Below, one piece after another: positions 32,383-40,274 of a stretch of 45,811 bases of DNA. The notes under the pieces were generated by a model. The model was not told where the DNA came from. It searched no databases and saw nothing but the letters and a program-made list of their open reading frames with translations. Made by a program: the position numbers and the translations under genes. Each line of letters begins with the position of its first letter. Positions within the stretch are counted from its first letter, which is position 1. Source of the DNA: Burkholderiales bacterium (lineage in GTDB: Bacteria > Pseudomonadota > Gammaproteobacteria > Burkholderiales > SG8-39). The stretch covers positions 1 to 45,811 of the forward strand of contig DATFDV010000295.1 of assembly GCA_035251855.1 (NCBI GenBank), written 5' to 3'.

Positions 32383-34137
32383 ATGTCTGCCGTCCTTGAA
32401 CGCCCCGCCGTCGAGCTGCTCGACGCCCGCACCGAACTGCTGCCGCTCGACTCGATCGTGCCGAGCACCACCCACACCCAGACGCTGCGCCGCCAGCGTT
32501 ACGACCCGGAGAAGCTGCTCGAGCTGGCTGCGAGCATCAAGACCAGCGGCCTGCTGCAACCGATCCTGGTGCGGCCGTGGTCCGGTAGCCACGTCACCAA
32601 CAGCAAGGGCGCCACCCCGAAATACGAGCTCGTCGCCGGCGAGCGCCGCTACCTCGCCGCCCAGCGCGCCGGCTACGCCCACATCGCCGCCCACATCCGC
32701 GATCTCACCGACGCCCAGGTGATCGAGGCCCAGCTCGTCGAGAACCTGCAGCGCGACGACCTGCAGGCGCTGGAGGAGGCCGAGGGCTACAAGGAGTTGA
32801 TGACGCTGAAGGGCATCGACGCCGACGAGGTCGCGCACTTGATCGGCAAGAGCCGCAGCTACGTCTACGCCCGCCGCAAGCTGCTCGATCTCTGCCCCGC
32901 CGCGCGCGAGGCGCTGCAGGCCGGCAAGCTCGACGCCAGCAAGGCGCTGCTGCTCGCGCGGATCAAAGGCGAGAAACTGCAGGCGAAAGCGCTCAAGCTC
33001 GTCACCGAGCAGGGCGACTGGTATTCCTATCGGCGGCTGGTGGAGAAACTGCGCGAGGACTTCATGATCCCGATCGGCAGCGCGCCGTTCACGATCGACC
33101 AGGACGGGCTCATGACCAGGAAAGGGCTGACGCTACCGGCGTGCATCGACTGCCCGCAGTTCAGCCGCAACGATGCCGAGCTGCTGCGGGAGATCGACCA
33201 TGCAGACGTCTGCACCGACCGCGCCTGCTTCGAGCAGAAGTGCGGCGCGGTCTACGCCCTACGCCGCGCCGACGCCGAAGCAGCCGGACGCGCCATTCTC
33301 ACCGGCGATGAGGCCGCAGCCATCATTCCCGGCCAATACGACGGCGGCATCAAGAACGGCTATGTCGCCCTCGACGAGCCCTGCGCCGACGTTGACTTCC
33401 CCGAGCCCGAGCCGAAGCAGGAGAAGGACGAGAGCGACGATGCCTTCCAGGTTCGCTCGGACGCGTGGTACGATCGTATGGGTGCCTGGACGCCACCGAC
33501 GTACCGCCAGGCCATGGGCGGCGAAGTGCCGCCGGAGACGGTGCTTGCGCAAGCGAAGAACGGCCGTCTGGTCGAGCTGGCGCCGGTCAAGGCAGCCAGG
33601 AAAGCGCTTACCCAGGCCGGCATCAAGCTCGAGCACTGGCGCTGGAACGCCAAGCAACAGGACGCCAAAAGCGCGGAGGATCGGGCGGAAAACCAGGAGC
33701 GCCAGACGGCAGAGCGGGCGCGCGAACTCGAACGGCAGCGGGTCGAGGAGGCGTTCCGGCTGCGTCTTTTCCGCGAGATCCACGCCAGGTGGAAAGGGCC
33801 GCTCAAGCGCCCCGACCTCGATCGCATCTATGAGCATATGCTCGAATCGGGCTGCAACTGGGACCCGATCGAAGCCGTCCACGACGGCACGCCCAAGCCG
33901 GCCAAGCTGAAGGACGACGAGCTCCTGCGCCTGATCGTCGAGATCAGCGTCGCGCACGAGGTGGATGCCTACGAGAAGCCGTCCGGTCTGCTCGAGCTCG
34001 CCCAGCGTTTCAAGATCGACGCCAAGAAAATCCGCAGCGAGGTCGTCGCCGAGCTCAAGCCCGTGAGCGTGCCGGCGCAGTCCGACGCCAAGAAGCCCGG
34101 AAAGAAAAAAGCGGCGAAGAAGACGGCGAAAAAGTAA
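32383..34137 (+). CDS. ParB/Srx N-terminal-domain protein with a long C-terminal extension
   Basis: 584 aa. ...SGLLQPILVRP...YELVAGERRYLAAQRAG... is a ParB box-like motif. Lys-rich tail. Confidence 0.7.
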   Translation: MSAVLERPAVELLDARTELLPLDSIVPSTTHTQTLRRQRYDPEKLLELAASIKTSGLLQPILVRPWSGSHVTNSKGATPKYELVAGERRYLAAQRAGYAHIAAHIRDLTDAQVIEAQLVENLQRDDLQALEEAEGYKELMTLKGIDADEVAHLIGKSRSYVYARRKLLDLCPAAREALQAGKLDASKALLLARIKGEKLQAKALKLVTEQGDWYSYRRLVEKLREDFMIPIGSAPFTIDQDGLMTRKGLTLPACIDCPQFSRNDAELLREIDHADVCTDRACFEQKCGAVYALRRADAEAAGRAILTGDEAAAIIPGQYDGGIKNGYVALDEPCADVDFPEPEPKQEKDESDDAFQVRSDAWYDRMGAWTPPTYRQAMGGEVPPETVLAQAKNGRLVELAPVKAARKALTQAGIKLEHWRWNAKQQDAKSAEDRAENQERQTAERARELERQRVEEAFRLRLFREIHARWKGPLKRPDLDRIYEHMLESGCNWDPIEAVHDGTPKPAKLKDDELLRLIVEISVAHEVDAYEKPSGLLELAQRFKIDAKKIRSEVVAELKPVSVPAQSDAKKPGKKKAAKKTAKK

Positions 34138-34159
34138 CCCCACCACATCTGGAGACCCC

Positions 34160-34669
34160 ATGAAAAAGCACACCGCAGCAGAAGTGATCCCCACCGTCGC
34201 CGGCACACCGTTCGCCGGCGGCTTCTATGTCGGCCGTTTCTTCCTCGGCAGCGACGCTTACGCACTCGTGGTCGCCCCCAAGACCGAAGCGAGCGAGCTT
34301 TCCGGCCCATGGAGTAAGGCAGAGAAGAAGGTAGCCGGCGCGCGCTCGTACAACGACGGCGTCGCCAACACCGCCGCCATGGTGAAAGCCGGCAGCGCGC
34401 TCGCCAAGTCGATCCGCGCGCTCGATATCGGCGGCTTCGACGACTGGTACCTGCCGAGCCGGCTGGAGTCCCTGCTGCTCTTCGGCGAGCTCCAGGGCCT
34501 CAAGAGCTTCAAGGCCAACGCCTTCGAGCGCGACTGGTATTGGACCTCTACGCCCTACGCTGGCGACGAGGCCTACGCCTGGATCCAGACCTTCAACTAC
34601 GGTGACCAGAACGACACCCTCAAGTCGTACCACTACCGGGCCCGCGCCGTCCGCAGAGTGAAAATTTAG
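34160..34669 (+). CDS. DGR target protein 2, DUF1566/C-type-lectin-like C-terminus carrying VR2
   Basis: 169 aa. ...DWYLPSRLESLLLF...WYWTSTPYAGDEAYAWIQTFNYGDQNDTLKSYHYRARAVRRVKI. Confidence 0.85.
   Translation: MKKHTAAEVIPTVAGTPFAGGFYVGRFFLGSDAYALVVAPKTEASELSGPWSKAEKKVAGARSYNDGVANTAAMVKAGSALAKSIRALDIGGFDDWYLPSRLESLLLFGELQGLKSFKANAFERDWYWTSTPYAGDEAYAWIQTFNYGDQNDTLKSYHYRARAVRRVKI
34550..34657 (+). repeat. DGR variable repeat VR2 (108 nt; 7 differences from TR, all at TR adenines)
   Basis: Hand alignment codon by codon. Confidence 0.9.
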
Positions 34670-34704
34670 CGATTCAACCATTCAGTCATTTTTAGGGGAT
34701 TCGC

Positions 34705-35184
34705 ATGAACCATGAATTCGTCTCGCTGCCCGCGGCCGATGTGCTGCGCGCGGTGTCCGCACAGACGCTCGCCCGGGAGCTGTTCGAGCGCATCAGCAAC
34801 GGCCGCGCCGCACCCATCGGCGCCCAGCGCGCCCTGCCCGCGATCGGCGGCGACTTCGAGGGCGGCATATACGCCGGCCTCACCCTCGTCGACAACACGC
34901 CCTTCGCCCTGGTGCTGCTCCCGGGCGAGGCCGAAGAGATCAACTGGAAGGACGCGCGCGCGTGGGCCGAAAAGCAGGGCGGCATGTTGCCCTCGCGCAT
35001 CGATGCGCTGATGCTGTTCGAGAACCTGAAGGACAGCTTCAAGCCGGAATGGCACTGGACCGGCACGCCCTCCGCTGGCGACGAGGCCTACGCCTGGATC
35101 CAGCTCTTCTACGACGGTACCCAGCTCACCAACCCCAAGTCGAGCCACTGCCGGGCCCGCGCCGTCCGCAGAGTAGCGATTTGA
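34705..35184 (+). CDS. DGR target protein 3, DUF1566/C-type-lectin-like C-terminus carrying VR3
   Basis: 159 aa. ...GGMLPSRIDALMLF...WHWTGTPSAGDEAYAWIQLFYDGTQLTNPKSSHCRARAVRRVAI. Confidence 0.85.
   Translation: MNHEFVSLPAADVLRAVSAQTLARELFERISNGRAAPIGAQRALPAIGGDFEGGIYAGLTLVDNTPFALVLLPGEAEEINWKDARAWAEKQGGMLPSRIDALMLFENLKDSFKPEWHWTGTPSAGDEAYAWIQLFYDGTQLTNPKSSHCRARAVRRVAI
35065..35172 (+). repeat. DGR variable repeat VR3 (108 nt; 12 differences from TR, all at TR adenines)
   Basis: Hand alignment codon by codon. Confidence 0.9.
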
Positions 35185-35221
35185 CCATTCAGTAATTCAG
35201 CTATTTAGGTCTTTTCTCAGC

Positions 35222-35578
35222 ATGGCGCTTCACTCCAGCCTGCCGATCTACAAGGCGGTCTACGACCTGCTCTGCCTCGTCACCGAGGTGACGCGCAACA
35301 TGCCGCGCGATTACAAGCACTCGATCGGCGCGCGTGTCCGCGATGAGTGCGTCTCGCTCACGGTGCTCGTCTTCCGCGCGAACTGCGCCCGGGAGAAGGC
35401 ACCGCACATAGAGGAGCTGCTCGAGCGCCTGCAGGTGGCCGAGTTGCTGGTGCGGCTATCCTGCGATCTGCGCTGCATTTCGATCGAGCAATACGCGCGC
35501 GTCGTGGCCCTCACCACCAGCGTCGGCAAGCAGGCCACCGGCTGGCGTAAGCACTTCACCCCTTCGCCTGCTGCATGA
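35222..35578 (+). CDS. avd: DGR accessory variability determinant (Avd; four-helix-bundle family)
   Basis: 118 aa. MALHSSLPIYKAVYDLLCLVTEVTRNMPRDYKHSIGARVRDE... resembles Avd and 23S-rRNA-IVS-family proteins. Position is immediately upstream of TR and RT. Confidence 0.8.
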   Translation: MALHSSLPIYKAVYDLLCLVTEVTRNMPRDYKHSIGARVRDECVSLTVLVFRANCAREKAPHIEELLERLQVAELLVRLSCDLRCISIEQYARVVALTTSVGKQATGWRKHFTPSPAA

Positions 35579-36945
35579 CCGTCAAGGCGATCATGCCCGT
35601 GCGAAATTATCATCTGGTCGCGCCGCTGCCTCACGAGGGCACCGCCATACGCACCACGGATACCGCCGGCACCTATCCGGGCCGGTCCGGCGCAGTTTCC
35701 CGGCTGAGTGATCGGCCGGGCGACGTCGATCGCGCGAACGGACGCCCTACGCTGGCGACGAGGCCTACGCCTGGATCCAGAACTTCAACAACGGTAACCA
35801 GAACAACAACCACAAGTCGAACCACTACCGGGCCCGCGCCGTCCGCAGATGATCGCCATGCTGAGCTTTCCTTCGCGGCGCTGGCCGCCGCCTACTTCGA
35901 CTGCCGCCGCACCAAGCGCACCAGCGCCTCGGCGCTTGCCTTCGAGATCGATCTCGAGCGCAACCTCGCCGAGCTCCACGCCGAGCTCGCCGCCGCCGTC
36001 TACCGGCCCGGGCGCTCGATCTGCTTCGTCATCACCCGGCCCAAGCCGCGCGAAGTGTGGGCCGCCGCGTTCCGCGACCGCATCGTGCATCACCTGCTCT
36101 ACAACGCGATCGGGCAACGCTTCGAGCGATCGTTCATCGCCGACTCATGCGCCTGCATCCCGGGACGCGGCACGCTGTATGCCGTCGAGCGACTGGAGCA
36201 CAAGGTGCGCTCCATCACGCAGAACTGGTCGCGGCCGGCGTGGTACCTGAAGTGCGACATTGCCAACTTCTTCGTCGCGATCGACAAGCGCATCCTGTGG
36301 CGGCGACTCGCAGCCCGGATCCCGGAGCCCGCCTGGCGCGCGCTCGCCCACCTGGTGTTATTCCACGATCCGCGTGCCGACGTCGAGCTGCGCAGCCCGA
36401 CTGCGCGCTTCGCGCTGATCCCGCCGCACAAGAGCCTGTTCAGCCAGCCCGCACACCTCGGGCTCCCGATCGGCAATCTATCCAGCCAGTTTTTCGCCAA
36501 CGTCTACCTCGACGCGCTCGACCAGCACGTCAAGCACGGGCTGCGTGCGCGGCATTACATACGCTACGTTGACGACTTCCTGCTGCTGCACGAATCGCCG
36601 CAGCAGTTGAACGCCTGGCACGCCGAGATCGCCGCCTTCCTGCCAGCGCGGCTCAACGTCCAGCTCAACCCGGCGAAGACCATCCTGCAGCCGGTCTCCC
36701 GCGGAATCGACTTCGTCGGCCAGGTGGTGAAGCCATGGCGCCGCACGCTGCGCCGTCGCACCTTCAACGAAGCGCTCGCCCGCGTCGCCGCCGCCGATCC
36801 TGCCGACGTCCGGACATCCGCCAATAGCTACTTCGGCCTGCTGCGCCAGGCCACCGCCAGCCACCACGACCGTGCCCGGCTCGCGAACCTCGTGCGCCGG
36901 CGCGGGCATGCCGTCAATCGCGCGCTCACGAAGGCCTACGCATGA
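35575..36945 (+). CDS. DGR reverse transcriptase (true start uncertain; the only in-frame ATG/GTG/TTG codons are at 35575 and 35593, upstream of the TR)
   Basis: DGR-RT motifs LPIGNLSSQFFANVYL and YIRYVDDFLLL. The conserved N-terminal region begins around 35862 (LSFAALAAAYFDCRRTKR). ATG 35575 forms an ATGA overlap with the avd stop. Confidence 0.85.
   Translation: MTVKAIMPVRNYHLVAPLPHEGTAIRTTDTAGTYPGRSGAVSRLSDRPGDVDRANGRPTLATRPTPGSRTSTTVTRTTTTSRTTTGPAPSADDRHAELSFAALAAAYFDCRRTKRTSASALAFEIDLERNLAELHAELAAAVYRPGRSICFVITRPKPREVWAAAFRDRIVHHLLYNAIGQRFERSFIADSCACIPGRGTLYAVERLEHKVRSITQNWSRPAWYLKCDIANFFVAIDKRILWRRLAARIPEPAWRALAHLVLFHDPRADVELRSPTARFALIPPHKSLFSQPAHLGLPIGNLSSQFFANVYLDALDQHVKHGLRARHYIRYVDDFLLLHESPQQLNAWHAEIAAFLPARLNVQLNPAKTILQPVSRGIDFVGQVVKPWRRTLRRRTFNEALARVAAADPADVRTSANSYFGLLRQATASHHDRARLANLVRRRGHAVNRALTKAYA
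35742..35849 (+). repeat. DGR template repeat (TR), AAC-rich
   Basis: In the VR frame it reads TPYAGDEAYAWIQNFNNGNQNNNHKSNHYRARAVRR*. It is the invariant, A-rich partner of VR1-3. Confidence 0.9.
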
Positions 36946-37952
36946 ACAAGACCGCCATCGAGTGGACCGACGCCACCTGGAACCCGGTCACTGGCTGCCA
37001 CAAGGTGAGCCAGGGCTGCCACCACTGCTACGCCGAGCGTATCTGGCGGCGCACCTATCCCGATCGCCCCTTCACCGACGTGCGCTGCCATCCCGAGCGC
37101 CTCGACCAGCCGCTGCGCTGGACGAAACCAAAGCGCATCTTCGTCAACTCGATGAGCGATCTCTTCCACGAGGACGTGCCGGACGAGTTCGTCGCCGATG
37201 TGTTCGCTTACATGGCCTACTCCAGACAGCACCAGTTCCAGGTGCTCACGAAGCGGCCGCAGCGCATGCTGTCGCTGCTCACCAGCGCGGCCTTTGCAGA
37301 TCTTTACGACACTTCCGCAGCGTTAGCTCACGATGATGCCTGCGACATCCTCGGCCGCCGCGGCGAGTTTGATCCGAATAGGCGTCTCACCACCGACATA
37401 CGTGCGATGGACGAATCGCTCCCGCGTCCGAACGTCTGGCTCGGCGTCAGCGTCGAGGATCAGGCGACCGCTGACGAGCGGATCCCGCTGCTGCTACAGA
37501 CGCCGGCGGCGGTGCGCTTCATCAGCGCCGAGCCGCTGCTCGGGCCGATCGACATCTATCTACCACATGCAAACTGGGCGACGCATCCCGACAACAACGA
37601 GGACCACGCCACCGTAATCGACTGGTGCATCGCCGGCGGCGAGAGCGGCCCGAAGGCGCGGCCGTCACATCCTGACTGGTTCCGGTCACTGCGCGACCAG
37701 TGCGCCGCGGCCGGCGTGCCGTTTTTCTTCAAGCAGTGGGGACGTTACCTGCCCGGCGAGCTCAAACGAGGCGATCCGATTCTCCGCTGGCAGAACGGCG
37801 CTAAGCAGTATTACAACGACGACGACGACATCCGCTTCAATGACTGCTGGTTGACAAACGACGAGCGCGGCCTTTGCGTCGCCGTGCCGTGCTCCAAGAA
37901 GCAGGCCGGCCGCCTTCTCGACGGCCGCGAGCATTCGGAGTATCCGGCGTGA
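36942..37952 (+). CDS. Phage Gp37/Gp68 family protein (DUF5131)
   Basis: 336 aa. MNKTAIEWTDATWNPVTGCHKVSQGCHHCYAE is the hallmark N-terminus. ATGA overlap with the RT stop. Confidence 0.8.
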   Translation: MNKTAIEWTDATWNPVTGCHKVSQGCHHCYAERIWRRTYPDRPFTDVRCHPERLDQPLRWTKPKRIFVNSMSDLFHEDVPDEFVADVFAYMAYSRQHQFQVLTKRPQRMLSLLTSAAFADLYDTSAALAHDDACDILGRRGEFDPNRRLTTDIRAMDESLPRPNVWLGVSVEDQATADERIPLLLQTPAAVRFISAEPLLGPIDIYLPHANWATHPDNNEDHATVIDWCIAGGESGPKARPSHPDWFRSLRDQCAAAGVPFFFKQWGRYLPGELKRGDPILRWQNGAKQYYNDDDDIRFNDCWLTNDERGLCVAVPCSKKQAGRLLDGREHSEYPA

Positions 37953-38137
37953 AGGACACGCTGCCCACCAAGCGCCAGGTCATCGAAGAACTCCGCAAGG
38001 AGATCGACGCCTGGCGCTCGTCATACCGCAACCACAAGACCGACGAGATCGACGACCCGGTCGCCCTCCATGCGATCCGCTGCCTCGAGGTCGCGCTGCT
38101 CATCGTGCGCGAGCACTTCCCGCGGAGGAAGCGGTGA
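37949..38137 (+). CDS. Hypothetical protein
   Basis: 62 aa from GTG 37949 (GTGA overlap). Confidence 0.45.
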   Translation: MKDTLPTKRQVIEELRKEIDAWRSSYRNHKTDEIDDPVALHAIRCLEVALLIVREHFPRRKR

Positions 38138-38334
38138 GCGTCTGCCTCTCACCGGTCGAACTGACGGCGCTGACCGGAAAGGTTCGCCCACACGCCCAGG
38201 CGCGGGTGCTCGACGCGCTCGTCATTCCGTACCGCAAGCGCCCCGACAACTCGCTTATCGTTTTCCGCTACCATGTCACGCCTGATGCGCCCCCGCAAGA
38301 AAGATCGGCATCTCCCGTCCTGCATCTACCATAG
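38134..38334 (+). CDS. DUF4224-like small protein (excisionase-position gene)
   Basis: 66 aa. ...LSPVELTALTGKVRPHAQARVLDALVIPYRKRPDNSLIV. Directly upstream of, and overlapping, int. Confidence 0.55.
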   Translation: MSVCLSPVELTALTGKVRPHAQARVLDALVIPYRKRPDNSLIVFRYHVTPDAPPQERSASPVLHLP

Positions 38335-39271
38335 GCACGGCGCGTACTACCTGGTGAAGCACGGCCGCTGGCAGCGGCTCGGGACGGATCTGCCGTCAGT
38401 GCTCGCCGAATACGGCCGGCGCATGGCGCCGCAATCGCAAAGCCCCATCGGGAAGCTGATCGACAAGGCGATCGCGCACGCGAGCCCGTCACTGGCCCCC
38501 AGCAGCGCGCGCCAGTATCGAGAGGTCGCGGAGCGCCTGAAATTGATCCTGGTGGAGTTCCAGCCCGACCAGGTGAGGGCGAAGCACATCGCCGCGATCA
38601 AGATCGCGATGGCGAAGACGCCGAACATGGCGAACCGCGTGCTGTCGGTTGCGCGGCTCATTTTCGGGCTGTGGGTCGAATGGCAACTGATTGACAGCAA
38701 CCCCTGCGTCGGCGTCCGTCCGTACAAGGAAAAGGGCCGCGACCGCTACATCACGGCCGCCGAGCGCGTCGCGATCCGAGAAAAGGCCGGGCCCAGACTG
38801 CAGGTCATCATGGACCTGCAATACCTGACCGGCCAGCGCATCAGCGACGTGCTGAAACTGCGGCTCGATCAACTGACCGACGCCGGCATCGTGTTTCAGC
38901 AGCAGAAGACGAAAGCCAGGCTGAGCGTGGAATGGACGCCCGAACTGCGGGCGGTGGTGGAGCGCGCGAAGGCGCTGTATGGGAAAGTGCGGCCGCTGAA
39001 GACGCTGCTATGCAACCGCCGCGGCAAGGCGCCGGACTATTCGACCGTGCACCTGCAATGGATGACGGCCTGCCGGGCGGCAGGCGTGGAGGACGCGCGA
39101 CCGAACGACCTTCGCGCCGAGGCGATCACCGACGTCGACGAGGCGGGCGGCGACTCGACCGGACTGGCCGGACATACCAGCAGGGCGATGACCCGGCGCT
39201 ACATCCGCAACCGCAAGCCGAAAGTGGTGCAGGGGCCGCGAGTATTGGACGTGTCCAATAAAACGGCCTAA
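38273..39271 (+). CDS. int: Tyrosine integrase
   Basis: 332 aa. N-terminus ...RPRKKDRHLPSCIYHRHGAYYLVKHGRW. C-terminus ...LAGHTSRAMTRRYIR resembles the catalytic region. Confidence 0.9.
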   Translation: MSRLMRPRKKDRHLPSCIYHRHGAYYLVKHGRWQRLGTDLPSVLAEYGRRMAPQSQSPIGKLIDKAIAHASPSLAPSSARQYREVAERLKLILVEFQPDQVRAKHIAAIKIAMAKTPNMANRVLSVARLIFGLWVEWQLIDSNPCVGVRPYKEKGRDRYITAAERVAIREKAGPRLQVIMDLQYLTGQRISDVLKLRLDQLTDAGIVFQQQKTKARLSVEWTPELRAVVERAKALYGKVRPLKTLLCNRRGKAPDYSTVHLQWMTACRAAGVEDARPNDLRAEAITDVDEAGGDSTGLAGHTSRAMTRRYIRNRKPKVVQGPRVLDVSNKTA

Positions 39272-39443
39272 AAACCCTTATGAATCAACACACGCCGATG
39301 ATGCAGCAGTAGCTGAAACTCGCGGTATCAGAGCGTTGATGCCAATGGGGAAAAGCAAATGCGTGGTCCAATACTCGGTGCTGACTTACACGATCGCAAC
39401 TCGCTGAATGATATCGAGGTGTCCGCAGGTATTGGACGCCTTG
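39239..39443. promoter_or_regulatory. Candidate attP region with four copies of the TATTGGAC / GTCCAATA motif
   Basis: CGAGTATTGGAC at 39239-39250 is the exact reverse complement of GTCCAATACTCG at 39366-39377. GTCCAATA also occurs at 39253-39260 and GGTATTGGAC at 28-37 of the 394xx line (39428-39437). Non-coding gap between int and the lysis genes. Confidence 0.45.
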
Positions 39444-39809
39444 CTATCGCGTCTTGAGCGCTGGGATCCGGCTACAGCCCTCGATGACGGTCTCCAGCTC
39501 TGATTCGTAGCGCTGGCGCTCGATACGATCGCCCCAGAGCGCGTGGGTACGCTTGTACTGGTCGAGCGCCAGCAGTTCGGCGTCCGTGAGCAGCGGCGGG
39601 CGCTGCGGCCGATCCTCGACGCACGGCACCGGCACCGGCACCTTGACCTCCTTCGGGATCTCGACCGTGGAGGCGCAGCCGCCGAGCCCCAACACCATGA
39701 TCGCGGTCAGCAGCAGCACGAAGCAGATAGCGCGGAACACCTCCCAGCGAAAATCGATCTCCTTCACGGCCGCGCCCTTCCCTCGATCTCGCGCCAGGCG
39801 CGGCCGCAA
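39444..39809 (-). CDS. o-spanin (outer-membrane lipoprotein; start uncertain)
   Basis: Lipobox ...IMVLGLGGC followed by Pro-rich PVPVPCVEDRPQRPP. Its 5' end overlaps the i-spanin 3' end (overlapped architecture). Confidence 0.65.
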   Translation of the reverse strand: MRPRLARDRGKGAAVKEIDFRWEVFRAICFVLLLTAIMVLGLGGCASTVEIPKEVKVPVPVPCVEDRPQRPPLLTDAELLALDQYKRTHALWGDRIERQRYESELETVIEGCSRIPALKTR

Positions 39810-40156
39810 TCGGCGCCGGTAGGCGTGGGGTTCGCCAGGATGGCCTTGATCTCGGCGAGCTCGGGATCCCGCTTGCGGCCTTCCGCGCGGATGGCGGTCA
39901 GCGTCCGCCGGGCCTCAGCGATGATGGCCTTGCCGGTCTTGTCGAGCGCGTCGACGCCGGCGTTCTGGCGCTCGAGCGCATCGGACAGCACCTTGGCCTG
40001 TGCCCGCGCCGTCACCAGCTCCACCTTGCAGTCGAGGCGGAAGGTGCGCTCGAGGAGCGCCCAGGCGGTGAGCGCCGCGCACAGCACGCCCATGCCCACC
40101 AGCACCCAGCCCAGCGGCGAGAGGGCCGGCAGGGCGATAAAACCGCGTTGGTTCAT
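39764..40156 (-). CDS. i-spanin (N-terminal TM plus coiled coil)
   Basis: Start trimmed to ATG 40156, preceded by GAGGGAG. 130 aa. Confidence 0.65.
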   Translation of the reverse strand: MNQRGFIALPALSPLGWVLVGMGVLCAALTAWALLERTFRLDCKVELVTARAQAKVLSDALERQNAGVDALDKTGKAIIAEARRTLTAIRAEGRKRDPELAEIKAILANPTPTGADCGRAWREIEGRARP

Positions 40157-40274
40157 GTGGTCTCCCTCAATGGAGCGAGCGGGCGGGACACGACTTCCCG
40201 CGTGGTGCAGCGTCACGCGCCCCATCCCAGCGCGCCGTCTGCCGCCTGTGCATCTCGGCCACCGCTCGCATGAT

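Noticed and set aside
31777-34206. Long minus-strand ORFs 31777..32838 (353 aa) and 33259..34206 (315 aa)
   Set aside because: They are antisense to the parB-like gene and its upstream neighbour. Composition is low in complexity and there is no coupling to any minus-strand operon.
30752-35849. Four copies of a ~108-nt repeat read as a possible CRISPR array or IS ends
   Set aside because: The copies are irregularly spaced at kilobase distances and lie inside ORF 3' ends. They differ only at adenines of one master copy next to an RT, which is the DGR pattern and not CRISPR or transposon architecture.
35849-36250. ORF starting MIAMLSFPS right after the TR, tempting as the RT start
   Set aside because: It is out of frame with the conserved RT domain. 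Its product is Pro/Ser/Ala-rich with no RT motifs.
35575-36945. RT as a retron, group II intron or Abi-type defence RT
   Set aside because: It has the DGR-specific (I/L/V)GxxxSQ motif, an adjacent Avd-like gene and TR/VR pairs. No intron RNA domains or msr/msd-like structure was noticed. Phylogeny was not run.
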